Below are positions 8,078 to 18,682 of a stretch of 64,000 bases of DNA, one piece after another. The stretch's first letter is position 1, and each line of letters begins with the position of its first letter. Both the position numbers and the translations under genes were made by a program. The notes under the pieces were generated by a model. That model was not told where the DNA came from and did not search any database. It was given only the letters and a program-made list of their open reading frames with translations. The DNA is from a virus: positions 21,126 to 85,125 of the IMG/VR virus record IMGVR_UViG_3300009184_005291. The stretch is one strand, 5' to 3'.

Positions 8078-8276
8078 TGAAATTAAATCTTCCAATATAA
8101 AAAAAACTGAATACGACACCGAAACCAAAAAACTCGTTATAGAATTTAATAATGGATTCAAATATGAGTACGATGATGTTCCACATCAGATTTACACTAA
8201 ATTTAGAATGTCAGAGTCTCAAGGGAAGTTTTTTACCACTGACATATCCAAGGCCTACAAGTACAAGAAGTTGTAG
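8034..8276 (+). CDS. KTSC domain protein
   Basis: SSNIKKTEYD...LVIEFNNGFKYEYDDVP...SESQGKFF matches the KTSC pattern. Confidence 0.85.
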   Translation: MAIVKEQILGTKIINEIKSSNIKKTEYDTETKKLVIEFNNGFKYEYDDVPHQIYTKFRMSESQGKFFTTDISKAYKYKKL

Positions 8277-8287
8277 TATTTATATAA

Positions 8288-9031
8288 ATGAATAACTTCC
8301 AAAAAATTCTTAATAGTTTTTCAGTACAGGAAACTCTCAACCCAAAAATTTGGCAGAATCCTGATGACCCTCAGAAATCAAAAATGATTCCTAAGGTGAA
8401 AAACGCATTGATGAGAATTGCGGAAGAATTTATTGAATATCTTGGAGAAGAAGTCTTTGTTGAAGATATTGTTTTGACTGGTTCATTAGCAAATTTTAAT
8501 TGGTCTGAGTATTCAGATTTTGATTTACACATTATTGTTGATTTTCAACAATTCGAAGATGAGTCACCATTATATAAAGAACTATATAATCTAAAGAAAC
8601 AAGTATTCAACGACAAACACGATATCAAAATATTTGGATATGATGTTGAACTCTATGCTCAAGATAACGAGGAACCACATTTTGCAACAGGTGTCTATTC
8701 TGTGATGAACGATGAATGGGTGACAAAACCTAAAAAGTTAGAAAATGAAATCGACAAAGCAGTTTTGGAGAAGAAAATCAAAAACTGGACAGAAAAAATA
8801 GACAAAGTAATTGAGACCGATGAACCTGAAGATGATAAAAAGTTAATCGATTCAATTAAAGATAAATTGAAAGATTATAGAAAATCTGGATTAGAAAAGG
8901 AGGGGGAGCTCTCATATGAAAACTTGGTTTTTAAGTTTTTAAGAAGGTCAGGGCATATTCAAAAATTATTTGATATTTCGAATAAAGCTCTCGATAAAGA
9001 GCTTTCTATCGAGAGAAAAATAGAAGACTGA
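8288..9031 (+). CDS. Pol-beta superfamily nucleotidyltransferase
   Basis: hhhTGS...SDFDLH catalytic motif (LTGSLANFNWSEYSDFDLHIIVD) plus a third acidic residue in VELY. Confidence 0.75.
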   Translation: MNNFQKILNSFSVQETLNPKIWQNPDDPQKSKMIPKVKNALMRIAEEFIEYLGEEVFVEDIVLTGSLANFNWSEYSDFDLHIIVDFQQFEDESPLYKELYNLKKQVFNDKHDIKIFGYDVELYAQDNEEPHFATGVYSVMNDEWVTKPKKLENEIDKAVLEKKIKNWTEKIDKVIETDEPEDDKKLIDSIKDKLKDYRKSGLEKEGELSYENLVFKFLRRSGHIQKLFDISNKALDKELSIERKIED

Positions 9032-9084
9032 TACTTAGAACTTAATAATTGTGAATAATCATATATTTATAAAGAAAAACTTAA

Positions 9085-10494
9085 ATGGCTTTTAATTATT
9101 ATATTGCGTCTTCTTGTAACTCTTCCACAAATTTATATGTAAAGTCGGAGGAAAATCTTATTGTGGGTAAAATCTACGACTTAATCATCGAAGGTGGTGG
9201 GAACGGATGTTATTCAATTGATCCTGGTGTTGAAACACCATTGGCATTGACCGCAACAATTTTTAATGGACCATGGAATAATTGTCCTGAATGTTTGGGA
9301 GATATAACCCCAACCCCAACGGCATCAAATACTCCAACACCAACTGTTACTACAACTAATACTCAAACTCCAACTAACACTGCAACAAAAACTCCAACAC
9401 CTACGCCAACTAATACACAAACTGCGACACAAACTTCTACTCCTACAGTAACTCCAACTAATACTACAACTCCGACTGTAACTCCAACAAAAACAACAAC
9501 TCCAACTAATACTACAACTCCGACTGTAACTCCAACAAAAACAACAACTCCGACTGTTACTACAACTAATACTCAAACTCCAACTAACACTGCAACAAAA
9601 ACTCCAACACCTACGCCAACTAATACTACAACTCCGACTGTAACTCCAACAAAAACAACAACTCCGACTGTAACACCAACTAATACCTCTACTCCAACAG
9701 TTACTCCAACAAATACTGTCACACCAACAAAATCTCCTTTACCTTTCACTTATTATATTATAACTCCGTGTGCGGGTGGAGAAGCGTTCTATGCCAAATT
9801 TATAGGTAACCTCATAAATAATAAAATTTATGATTTATCATTCGAAGACGCAAGTCATCAATGTTATACTGTTGTTGATGGATTTGAAACTCCATTAGCC
9901 CTAACAGTGACAATTTTTAACGGTCCTTGGAATACTTGTGTCGAGTGTCTTGATGATATAACTCCAACACCAACGGCATCAAATACTCCAACACCAACTC
10001 TTACTCCAACTAATACTCAAACACCAACTAACACTGCTACAAAAACTCCAACACCTACGCCAACTAACACACAAACGCCAACTAATACTTCAACACAAAC
10101 TCAAACACCAACTAACACATCGTCGGCAACAAGAACACCGACACCAAGTGTAACGTCAACTCAAACACAGACACCAACAAATACCGCAACAAGAACTCCG
10201 ACTCCGAGCATCACTTCATCACCTACAGGAACAGCTGGACTGACACCTACACCAACAGGAACACCGGCATCGACTCCAACATCGACTCCAACACCAAGTG
10301 TAACTCCGTATCTTGTTATTGAAGTGAACCAACAATATGAATATACTCTTGGTATGTTGGGTTCATTTAGCGGAGGAACTGCACCGTCAGGTTCAACAGT
10401 TCCATATCAAGTCATGACTAGTGAAGATGGGGATGAAGTAATTGTACAACTAAACGCAATTTCTTTAGGAGGATTTCAAGGATTAAATAATTAA
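9085..10494 (+). CDS. mucin-like Thr/Pro-rich protein with a duplicated Cys-containing domain (putative virion protein)
   Basis: Two homologous ~75-aa domains (YYI..C...KIYDL...CY...ETPLALT..IFNGPWN.C.ECL), each followed by a long TPT tract. Confidence 0.75.
   Translation: MAFNYYIASSCNSSTNLYVKSEENLIVGKIYDLIIEGGGNGCYSIDPGVETPLALTATIFNGPWNNCPECLGDITPTPTASNTPTPTVTTTNTQTPTNTATKTPTPTPTNTQTATQTSTPTVTPTNTTTPTVTPTKTTTPTNTTTPTVTPTKTTTPTVTTTNTQTPTNTATKTPTPTPTNTTTPTVTPTKTTTPTVTPTNTSTPTVTPTNTVTPTKSPLPFTYYIITPCAGGEAFYAKFIGNLINNKIYDLSFEDASHQCYTVVDGFETPLALTVTIFNGPWNTCVECLDDITPTPTASNTPTPTLTPTNTQTPTNTATKTPTPTPTNTQTPTNTSTQTQTPTNTSSATRTPTPSVTSTQTQTPTNTATRTPTPSITSSPTGTAGLTPTPTGTPASTPTSTPTPSVTPYLVIEVNQQYEYTLGMLGSFSGGTAPSGSTVPYQVMTSEDGDEVIVQLNAISLGGFQGLNN
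9307..9738 (+). repeat. Thr/Pro coding tandem repeats
   Basis: Imperfect 18-24 nt units (actccaactaatactaca, actccgactgta). A second tract spans about 9961-10308. Confidence 0.8.
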
Positions 10495-10524
10495 AAAAAA
10501 CAAAAAATATAAATAAATCATAAT

Positions 10525-11754
10525 ATGGGAGATTTGAAACCACTTGGCAGTGAAAAATTGACTGGACAAGACAAAATAAAAAGAATCATGGAAATTGCTC
10601 GTTTCAATGAAGTGATACCAACAAATATTAATGAAACCGCAAGATCTGAATATTCAATTTCTTTAGCCGATGGTAATCGGTATGAAATCGTTAAGGAAAG
10701 ACAGGGTTATATTATTAAAAAAACCATTTCGGAATCTGAGACTGATTATATTGAGCCAATGAAAAATAGAAAATACTATTCTTCATATTCTCAAGCATTC
10801 AAAAGATTAAATTTAGTTGCCGGAGAGTTGAACAGAATAAACGAAAACGAAGAAGGAGTTTCTTTATACGGAGAACAAAAAAAGTTCACGTTAAAAACTC
10901 CTAAACCTGCTGAAGCTCCAGCGCCAGCGGCTGAAGTACCTGCAACTCCACCACCAGTTCCCGCTCCAGCATTACCTCCATCCCCAAGTGCAGAAATGCC
11001 TGCAGGTGATGATATGGGTATGGGAGATATGGGTATGGAAGATATGGGTATGGCCCCTGAAGCGGAAGTTGAGGTTGACGCAACTATGGATGTTGAATCT
11101 CCTGAAACTGGTGAAGAAGAGACAGTAAGTTTCAGAACTATCCAAAAACTTACAGGTAAATTGACACAGAAAATCAGAACTTTGGATACACAAGAAGGAA
11201 TGACTTCTGAAGATATTAAGTATGTAATCAACATGGTATTATCATCATTAGACCTTAAATCATTGTCTGAAGAGGATAAAGAAGACATCATGGGTAAGTT
11301 CGATGAAGAATCTGAAGACTTAAGTGGTGATGATATGGGTGGATTGGATATGACTGACGATAGTGAAGTTGAAGATATCCAAGCTGACATGGACGTTCCA
11401 GTGGAATCCGAAATGGAAGAAGGTGGATATGGAAATGGAGCTATCATCGATAGTATTTTCGGAGAATCTACGGTTGACAAAGTAATCTCTAAGTATTTCG
11501 AAATATCTAAAAAAGAAATTCTTGAAAGTAAGGAAAAAAATTTACAAAAGAAAAAAAGTGTAATTTCTCAATCAAAAAAACAGATGGAAGAAGTTATTAG
11601 ACTGAGTGAAACTATTGAACAAGAATTAACGGCTAAAAAATTCTTAAATGAAAACTCCAACGCAAAAATTGTTGGACTTACAAATAAGAAAAATTTAGTG
11701 TTTGAGAATAAAGGAAAACAGATTAAAATATCACCTGAAGGATTATTAGTATGA
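10525..11754 (+). CDS. acidic/Pro-rich hypothetical protein (putative internal head protein)
   Basis: 409 aa with Pro/Ala-rich and D/M/E-rich low-complexity segments and many [ILF]-x-E sites. Confidence 0.65.
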   Translation: MGDLKPLGSEKLTGQDKIKRIMEIARFNEVIPTNINETARSEYSISLADGNRYEIVKERQGYIIKKTISESETDYIEPMKNRKYYSSYSQAFKRLNLVAGELNRINENEEGVSLYGEQKKFTLKTPKPAEAPAPAAEVPATPPPVPAPALPPSPSAEMPAGDDMGMGDMGMEDMGMAPEAEVEVDATMDVESPETGEEETVSFRTIQKLTGKLTQKIRTLDTQEGMTSEDIKYVINMVLSSLDLKSLSEEDKEDIMGKFDEESEDLSGDDMGGLDMTDDSEVEDIQADMDVPVESEMEEGGYGNGAIIDSIFGESTVDKVISKYFEISKKEILESKEKNLQKKKSVISQSKKQMEEVIRLSETIEQELTAKKFLNENSNAKIVGLTNKKNLVFENKGKQIKISPEGLLV

Positions 11755-12146
11755 GCAATTTGATATACGTAAATGGTTTAGGACCCAACTATAAGGGAGA
11801 CAATCTTTACGAATTCATTTTCTCTGATAGTCTTGATGTTTGGGGAGATTCTTGGGAAAGTAGACCGGCTAACGGTTATCCAAGTCCTCCCGAATTACAT
11901 CATATTAAAAAAGTAGGAGTTCTGAGAAATACTGATGTAAAATTGGAATTGATTCAGAACTCCGATTTTTTTTCTATGGAAGATGCAATTGACGATGTGG
12001 TCGCATTAGCCTGGGAAACAGACGAAGATGGAAATCATAAAAGAATGGTTTTTAGATTTGGAATGTCCGAACAACAAATAAAAGACAAACTCTACGAAAG
12101 AGATTTGATATTAGAATTCGAAAAAAAAGTAGTTTATGAAAGTTAA
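11751..12146 (+). CDS. hypothetical protein
   Basis: 131-aa ORF, translationally coupled (ATGA overlap). Confidence 0.65.
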   Translation: MSNLIYVNGLGPNYKGDNLYEFIFSDSLDVWGDSWESRPANGYPSPPELHHIKKVGVLRNTDVKLELIQNSDFFSMEDAIDDVVALAWETDEDGNHKRMVFRFGMSEQQIKDKLYERDLILEFEKKVVYES

Positions 12147-12978
12147 TAAAAAAGCACTTGAATTAATCGATAAAGGATTATCCGCAAATACTGTTAAAAA
12201 ATTAACAGAATCTCAAATTAACATTCTTCATTCCAAACTATTCAATGAAGCAGTTACAACTACCACAACTACATCATATAACATATCGACTGATGATGTA
12301 AAAAAAGGTGTAACATTACCAGAGGTACCTGGGAAAAAAATGACAATTCAACAAACTCAAACAGGAATAAAGGCTACTCCAACTGAAGAAGTAAAAGAAA
12401 CTGATGAGGTTGAAGTAACCTCCGACCCAAACAAGGAAACTGAAACTCAAGACCCAAAACAAGTGGGACCATCATCAGATGATGGATTTGGTGATGAAAC
12501 TGATGGAATGGGTATGTTTGAAAGTGAAGCAGACCTTAAGCCAGGACAACCAAATCCATGGGCAATATGTCATGCTCAGGTTGGGCCTAAAAAAACAAGA
12601 AAATTTGAAAGATGCGTAAAATCAGTAAAAAAACAGTTGGAAGAAGGAAAAAATCCTGTATCTTTGTTTATAGAATCTGAAATTACTAAAATCGTGGAAA
12701 GAAACATACTACCGAGAATTACGAAAGGTGACTTATTGAAATATCTTTCAGAGGCATCTCATACCAAAATGAAGAAGGATACTGTAGAAGCAGCGGAACC
12801 AACTATTGCTCCGTCTAAACCAATTACTAAACCTGACACAAAACCAAGAACGAGACCATCTCACCCAGGCAAAAATCCATTCCCTGGTGAAAAAGAAGCT
12901 CCGAGAGCTGGTAAAGTTTCGCCTGATGAAGCTAAGGACAAATTAATTGATGTGATATTAAATTTACTAAAAAAATAA
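12136..12978 (+). CDS. hypothetical protein (putative head protein)
   Basis: 280 aa; contains NPWAIC...FERCV. Confidence 0.65.
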   Translation: MKVNKKALELIDKGLSANTVKKLTESQINILHSKLFNEAVTTTTTTSYNISTDDVKKGVTLPEVPGKKMTIQQTQTGIKATPTEEVKETDEVEVTSDPNKETETQDPKQVGPSSDDGFGDETDGMGMFESEADLKPGQPNPWAICHAQVGPKKTRKFERCVKSVKKQLEEGKNPVSLFIESEITKIVERNILPRITKGDLLKYLSEASHTKMKKDTVEAAEPTIAPSKPITKPDTKPRTRPSHPGKNPFPGEKEAPRAGKVSPDEAKDKLIDVILNLLKK

Positions 12979-12980
12979 TC

Positions 12981-14312
12981 ATGGCTAAGAAATTAAAAGA
13001 ACAAATAGATTACGGAAATACTCCTGAAAGAATGGACCCTAATCTTGAAAGAAAATTAGGAGATCCTGAAAGTCTATATGCTCAGAACCCTGCAATGAAA
13101 AAAGGAGCTGAAGATGTTCAGAGGTTAGTTAGCCAAAGATTTCAGAAAGTTGCGGACAAACTGAGACAAGTTACCGGAATTGGAAATCTTAACTCCAAAC
13201 AAGTTCAAGGAATGATTTATCAGGAAATGATGAGTAAACTTCCAAGAATTATGTCAATCGAAGCCCGCCATAAAGATGAATTAATTCAATTAGCAATTGA
13301 CGCTAGTTTGGAGGAGGGTGAGGTTCCTGAAAACACCTATCAGATTGAAGGATTTTTAGGTGAAAGTATTGACGCTTCGAATTTTAGATATCAACCTGAC
13401 GAAGAAGAGGACGAAGAAGAAGAGGATGACGAAGATGAAAAAATGAGTATCCCTTCTTTTGATGTCGAAGATTTAACCGATGAAGAAGAATTAGAATTAG
13501 AAAAACACAAAAGAAATATAATTAACGCTATCATTCAAGGAGCGGCAAAAAAAGGACATTACCTTTTTCAGAAGCCCAATGTGAAGGCAAGATTAGATGC
13601 AATTGACCCATCACTATATCCAAGTTATTTGGGTATAATGGCAATAAACGACTTTATGTACTTCACCATGGAACAGATGATTGAAATGATGAGTCAGACC
13701 GGTCAAGGTGTCGCAGGTAAAATGTCATTAGAAGATGCTGATGATGAAGGTGGAGAAGGTGATGATGATGCCCCCGACACAAAAATTGTTGCAGAAGGAA
13801 TGATTTTTCCAATTTTGTGCCATGAGATTATCAAAGGATTAGAGGCGGTTAAAGGTAGATACGGACAATCACAAAATCCAAGTATCAGACAAAAAGTGAA
13901 AGGTGCCGTGGATTTGTTATCAAACGAACCAATGCAACTTAGAATCGGTCCTGAAATTGTAGAAAAAATTAGACTTGCATTACCTGATGAGATGTTCTCT
14001 GAGTCAAATAAGGGATTAATCAATTGGTTTCATATTTCATTATATCAGTTAGCCGCTCAAGAATTTTTACAACTTATGGGAGATGTTATCTCTGCAGATG
14101 GATCTAAAGTCAAAAGAGCGACTTCAAGATTTAGGGAAATTATGAAAGAAGCGATGCAACTTAAGGCGGAATATGACGAGTATGTTGCCAGCAAAGAAGA
14201 GGAAGAAATGGGAGATTTCTTAGGAAGTTTAGGGCCTAATGAACCTGATGATGACGATGACGATTTTCTCGATGATTTCTTAGGTAGTATGAACATATCA
14301 AGACCTAAATAA
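12981..14312 (+). CDS. acidic hypothetical protein upstream of terminase
   Basis: 443-aa ORF with acidic tracts. Confidence 0.7.
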   Translation: MAKKLKEQIDYGNTPERMDPNLERKLGDPESLYAQNPAMKKGAEDVQRLVSQRFQKVADKLRQVTGIGNLNSKQVQGMIYQEMMSKLPRIMSIEARHKDELIQLAIDASLEEGEVPENTYQIEGFLGESIDASNFRYQPDEEEDEEEEDDEDEKMSIPSFDVEDLTDEEELELEKHKRNIINAIIQGAAKKGHYLFQKPNVKARLDAIDPSLYPSYLGIMAINDFMYFTMEQMIEMMSQTGQGVAGKMSLEDADDEGGEGDDDAPDTKIVAEGMIFPILCHEIIKGLEAVKGRYGQSQNPSIRQKVKGAVDLLSNEPMQLRIGPEIVEKIRLALPDEMFSESNKGLINWFHISLYQLAAQEFLQLMGDVISADGSKVKRATSRFREIMKEAMQLKAEYDEYVASKEEEEMGDFLGSLGPNEPDDDDDDFLDDFLGSMNISRPK

Positions 14313-14320
14313 TTCAGTGT

Positions 14321-16081
14321 GTGAACAAAGAACAATTAATTATAGAATATACGAAGTGTATGAGGAGTACTCCTTATGCACTTCGTTCTTATTTACAGAC
14401 ATACGATAATACAGTATCAAAGTATGTCCCATTAGAACTTTTTCCTGACCAAGTTTCACTACTTGAAGATTACGAAAGCTACAACGAAAACATTGCATTA
14501 AAATACAGACAAGCGGGGGTTTCAACTGTAACCGCGGCTTGGGCGTCAAAAAAACTTGCGTTTGCAAGAAAGGAAAAACCTGAAAAAGTTCTAATCATCG
14601 CCAACAAGTTGGATACTTCTGTGGAAATGGCCAACAAAATAAGGGCATTTATTGAACAATGGCCTGATTGGGTTGATATAAGATTCTCTGTGGAAAAAAA
14701 CTCCCAAAGACATTTCAAACTAAATAATGGATGTGAAGTTAAAGCGGTGGCAACATCCAAAGATGCTCTTAGAGGTTATACACCAACAATTCTTATTTTT
14801 GACGAAGCCGCCTTTATCGAGGCAGATGGAGACTTTTGGTCTGCTTGTATGGCTTCACTATCCACGGGTGGTAAAGTTATTGTAGTTTCCACACCAAACG
14901 GTTACGACCCAATCTATTATGAAATATATGACCAAGCATTAAGAGGAATGAATGATTTCAAAATCTCTGAAATGTTTTGGTATCGAGACCCTCGTTATAC
15001 CAAAGATTTGTACATGGTAAAGACAAATGATTTGGTTCATTATCTTTTGAATCGAGAAGATTATCCAATAGATACCGTAATTAACTTATCCAATAATAAT
15101 CCTTATGATAGAGACCATACTATTGTAACAGATTATATTTCCCAAGGATATAAACCTTGTTCTGCATGGTTTGAGGGAATGGTAAAAAAGCTCAAGTACG
15201 ATAGACGTAAAGTTGCTCAAGAACTTGAATGTAACTTCTTAGGATCGGGTGATAACGTATTCGATTCAGATCTAATGCAGAACATTTCCAAAAACCAATT
15301 AAGACCTCCACAAGCTAAACTTATGGGTAACGCTCTGTGGATTTTTAAGGAACCTGTAAATGGACATAAATATGTTATGGGGGTTGACGTTTCTCGTGGT
15401 GACTCTGAGGATTTTTCATCAATCCAAATTATTGATTTTGATGAACGGGAACAAGTATTAGAATATGTTGGTAAAATCCCTCCCGATGTTTTAGCAGAAA
15501 TTGCTTATAAGTGGGGGACAATGTACAATGCATTCTGTGTAATTGATATTACAGGAGGTATGGGAGTTTCAACCGCCAGAAAAATGCAAGAATTACAATA
15601 TCAACCCGGATTGTATGTTGATGGAGTCGATACTTCTAACAAATGGAAGTGGGACCCGAAAATAAATGAAAAAATTCCTGGTATCAACTTCAACACAAAA
15701 AGAGTTCAAATTATAGCCGCATTTGAAGAGGGGGTTAGACACGGATTTAAGATATATTCACATAGAACGTATAATGAGATGAATACCTTTGTATATATTC
15801 ATGGAAGACCTGATCACCAAAAAGGACAACATGATGATTGTATCATGGGTCTTTCCATGGCAATTTATGTTGCAGAGAAGTCATTTCAGTCATTAACAAA
15901 AGTTGTTAACCACACAAAAGCCATGTTGAATTCGTGGTCTACTGTGATGAATGAAAATAAAAATACTTCAGATTTTTTTAATCCATTGGTACCTCAGATG
16001 GGAAGAGACTCCAACTTGAGTAATAATGGGGCATCCAAAGCGGATTACCAAAAATATGGTTGGTTATTTGGTGCTAAATAA
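14321..16081 (+). CDS. terL: terminase large subunit (T4 gp17-like)
   Basis: Walker A KYRQAGVST, Walker B LIFDEAAF, coupling motif VSTPNG, nuclease motif GVDVSRG and C-terminal HDDCIM. GTG start. Confidence 0.93.
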   Translation: MNKEQLIIEYTKCMRSTPYALRSYLQTYDNTVSKYVPLELFPDQVSLLEDYESYNENIALKYRQAGVSTVTAAWASKKLAFARKEKPEKVLIIANKLDTSVEMANKIRAFIEQWPDWVDIRFSVEKNSQRHFKLNNGCEVKAVATSKDALRGYTPTILIFDEAAFIEADGDFWSACMASLSTGGKVIVVSTPNGYDPIYYEIYDQALRGMNDFKISEMFWYRDPRYTKDLYMVKTNDLVHYLLNREDYPIDTVINLSNNNPYDRDHTIVTDYISQGYKPCSAWFEGMVKKLKYDRRKVAQELECNFLGSGDNVFDSDLMQNISKNQLRPPQAKLMGNALWIFKEPVNGHKYVMGVDVSRGDSEDFSSIQIIDFDEREQVLEYVGKIPPDVLAEIAYKWGTMYNAFCVIDITGGMGVSTARKMQELQYQPGLYVDGVDTSNKWKWDPKINEKIPGINFNTKRVQIIAAFEEGVRHGFKIYSHRTYNEMNTFVYIHGRPDHQKGQHDDCIMGLSMAIYVAEKSFQSLTKVVNHTKAMLNSWSTVMNENKNTSDFFNPLVPQMGRDSNLSNNGASKADYQKYGWLFGAK

Positions 16082-16117
16082 CTATTTATATTACTGAGGT
16101 AAAGAGTAAATTAGATT

Positions 16118-17962
16118 ATGGCAGAACAAAATATGACGGTTTGGCAAAGACTGTCACAAACATTTGGACCTAACTCATTATTAAATCAAGACTATCCAAC
16201 ATTCAAGTTTGATAAAAAGGAACTCCTACGCACAAAAAGTAGAGAGGAGTATGAGAAAGAAAAACTTCAAGCACAACAAACATATTATCTTACCAATCAG
16301 TGGTCTAAGGTTGAAAATAACCTTTATTCTCAGGCGATTTATTATGAACCTACAAGGTTATCTGCTCAGTATGACTACGAATCAATGGAATACACTCCTG
16401 AGATTTCCGCAGCATTAGACATTTATGCCGAAGAGTCAACTACAACAAATGAGGACGGTTTCATATTACAAATTTATTCAGAATCTAAAAGAATTAAGGG
16501 AGTTCTTGCCGATTTATTTAACAATGCTTTAGACATCAACACCAATTTACCTATGTGGACAAGAAACACATGTAAATATGGTGATAACTTTGTATATCTG
16601 AAATTAGACCCTGAAAAAGGAATTGTTGGGGTACAACAATTACCGACTATTGAAATTGAAAGACATGAGGTTGGAGCAAGTGGTAAAATATCTGTCGATG
16701 TAAAAAATGAAGTAGATAAAGATAAAAAGGCGTTACACTTCACATGGAAAAATAAAAATATGGAATTCCAATCTTGGGAAATTGCTCACTTCAGATTATT
16801 AGGTGATGACAGAAAACTTCCATATGGAACTTCCATGTTAGAAAAAGCAAGACGTATTTGGAAACAACTTTTACTATCAGAAGATGCGATGTTAATTTAT
16901 CGTACATCAAGAGCCCCTGAGAGAAGAATGTTCAAAGTATTCGTTGGAAACATGAATGATGACGATGTTGAGGCTTATGTACAACGTGTTGCCAACAAGT
17001 TCAAAAGAGAACAAATTGTTGATAGTAAAACAGGTAACGTAGATATGAGATTCAATCAAATGGCGGTTGACCAAGATTATTTTATTCCTGTAAGAGACCC
17101 CGCAGCGCCAGACCCAATCTCAACATTACCTGGAGCAACTAACTTATCTGAAATTGCCGATATTGAATATATCCAAAAGAAATTGTTAACCGCCCTCCGA
17201 GTACCAAAGGCTTTCTTAGGATTTGAAGAAGTTGTTGGTGATGGTAAAAATTTGGCGTTACAAGATATACGATTTGCTCGTACCATCAACAGAATTCAAA
17301 AGAGTATGATTGCCGAATTGAATAAAATTGCAATTGTACATTTATTTTTATTAGGATTTGAAGACGAACTTTCAAATTTCACAATTGGATTAACAAATCC
17401 ATCTACTCAAGCGGATTTACTTAAAATTGATGTTTGGAAAGAGAAAGTATTATTGTATAAAGATTTGGTTTCTGATCCAGGAAATGGAATTCAGGCAACT
17501 TCATCTACATGGGCTAAGAAGCATATTTTTGGATGGTCAGATGACGAAGTTCGTTTGGACTTACAACAACAAAGAATTGAAAGAGCCGTTGGAGAAGAAT
17601 TAAAAGCGACTCCAACTGTTATAACAAAAACTGGATTGTTTGATAATATTGACAAATTATATGGTAGCCAAACAGGGTCAACACCAACGGCAGGAGCTTC
17701 TACGACAATGGACGGAGGAGAGGAATTAGGATCTCCACCATCATTTGGAGGAGGTGGTGGTGAGATACCTGGAGGAGAACCCGAGTTACCTCCAGCAGGT
17801 GAAGCTCCTCCCGCCGAAATAACACCAGAATCAAGGAAAAAAGATCTAAATATTTTAGTGGAAAATAATTTAATTGAAGGGTCTCGAATAATAAATTTGG
17901 GTCAGGGACAAGATTCTTTAGGAGAAATTTCAAAACACTTAGATAAGTTATTAAATTCATAA
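16118..17962 (+). CDS. portal protein (T4 gp20-like)
   Basis: LSEDAMLIYRTSRAPERRMF, DYFIPVR, ISTLPG and ALRVP motifs; follows terminase. Confidence 0.93.
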   Translation: MAEQNMTVWQRLSQTFGPNSLLNQDYPTFKFDKKELLRTKSREEYEKEKLQAQQTYYLTNQWSKVENNLYSQAIYYEPTRLSAQYDYESMEYTPEISAALDIYAEESTTTNEDGFILQIYSESKRIKGVLADLFNNALDINTNLPMWTRNTCKYGDNFVYLKLDPEKGIVGVQQLPTIEIERHEVGASGKISVDVKNEVDKDKKALHFTWKNKNMEFQSWEIAHFRLLGDDRKLPYGTSMLEKARRIWKQLLLSEDAMLIYRTSRAPERRMFKVFVGNMNDDDVEAYVQRVANKFKREQIVDSKTGNVDMRFNQMAVDQDYFIPVRDPAAPDPISTLPGATNLSEIADIEYIQKKLLTALRVPKAFLGFEEVVGDGKNLALQDIRFARTINRIQKSMIAELNKIAIVHLFLLGFEDELSNFTIGLTNPSTQADLLKIDVWKEKVLLYKDLVSDPGNGIQATSSTWAKKHIFGWSDDEVRLDLQQQRIERAVGEELKATPTVITKTGLFDNIDKLYGSQTGSTPTAGASTTMDGGEELGSPPSFGGGGGEIPGGEPELPPAGEAPPAEITPESRKKDLNILVENNLIEGSRIINLGQGQDSLGEISKHLDKLLNS

Positions 17963-17983
17963 TATTTATTTGAAAAAGACACA

Positions 17984-18682
17984 ATGACCTTCGGAATAGT
18001 AAAATCCCTAATAGAAAAAAATCTCTTGGAATCATACAAAAATGAAATGGAATTCAAGAAGACTTTACGAGAATTCAAACACAACGTTTTGAATAATAAA
18101 GCTATGTCTAAAGCGTACGACATTTATAGTCAACTGAGTTCACCTCAAGGTTTAGGTGAACAAGATGCAAAAGATTTTATTGAAGAAGGGATTTCTTTAT
18201 TAAACAAAATTTTACCAAGTATTAAACTTCCAATTACTCTTTCCGAAAAAACTGAAAACAATTATACCGAAATTGATACATTAGTTTATAACCAAGGTGT
18301 TAATTTACTTGAAAGATTAAATGCGAAGAAAAATATTTTGAAGGTGGTTACATCAACTAAAGAAACAATTAAAGAAAATATTAATATTCCGATTAGTTCT
18401 ATGGTTACCATAGCAAACCAAACAGTTAATAACTACATACTTAGTTTAGATGAAAATTCTAAAAAAGAATTTTTTCAAATAGTTTCTGAAGATGTCAAAA
18501 CTTTGGAAGCAAAATTTGAAACAATTAAGGAAAGTGCAATATCTAAATTGACGGAACTCCAAAATAGTGAAGATTCGCAAGATATTAAAACAAAAATTTC
18601 AGAAACAATCGATAAAGTTAAGTCTGAAAAGTTTGACCAATTGAATTTTTTGAAATTAAAAAATTTGGAAGAATCAATTTGA
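17984..18682 (+). CDS. hypothetical head-module protein
   Basis: 232-aa helical ORF between portal and protease. Confidence 0.7.
   Translation: MTFGIVKSLIEKNLLESYKNEMEFKKTLREFKHNVLNNKAMSKAYDIYSQLSSPQGLGEQDAKDFIEEGISLLNKILPSIKLPITLSEKTENNYTEIDTLVYNQGVNLLERLNAKKNILKVVTSTKETIKENINIPISSMVTIANQTVNNYILSLDENSKKEFFQIVSEDVKTLEAKFETIKESAISKLTELQNSEDSQDIKTKISETIDKVKSEKFDQLNFLKLKNLEESI

Noticed and set aside
10508-10515. Canonical T4 late promoter TATAAATA upstream of the 10525 gene
   Set aside because: It is a single sense-strand instance in an A-rich leader; the recurrent gene-oriented motif is TATTTAT.
13810-13845. Zincin motif in the 12981-14312 protein
   Set aside because: The sequence is HEIIK, lacking the second His, so a peptidase call is unsupported. 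There is also no evidence to call it a small terminase.
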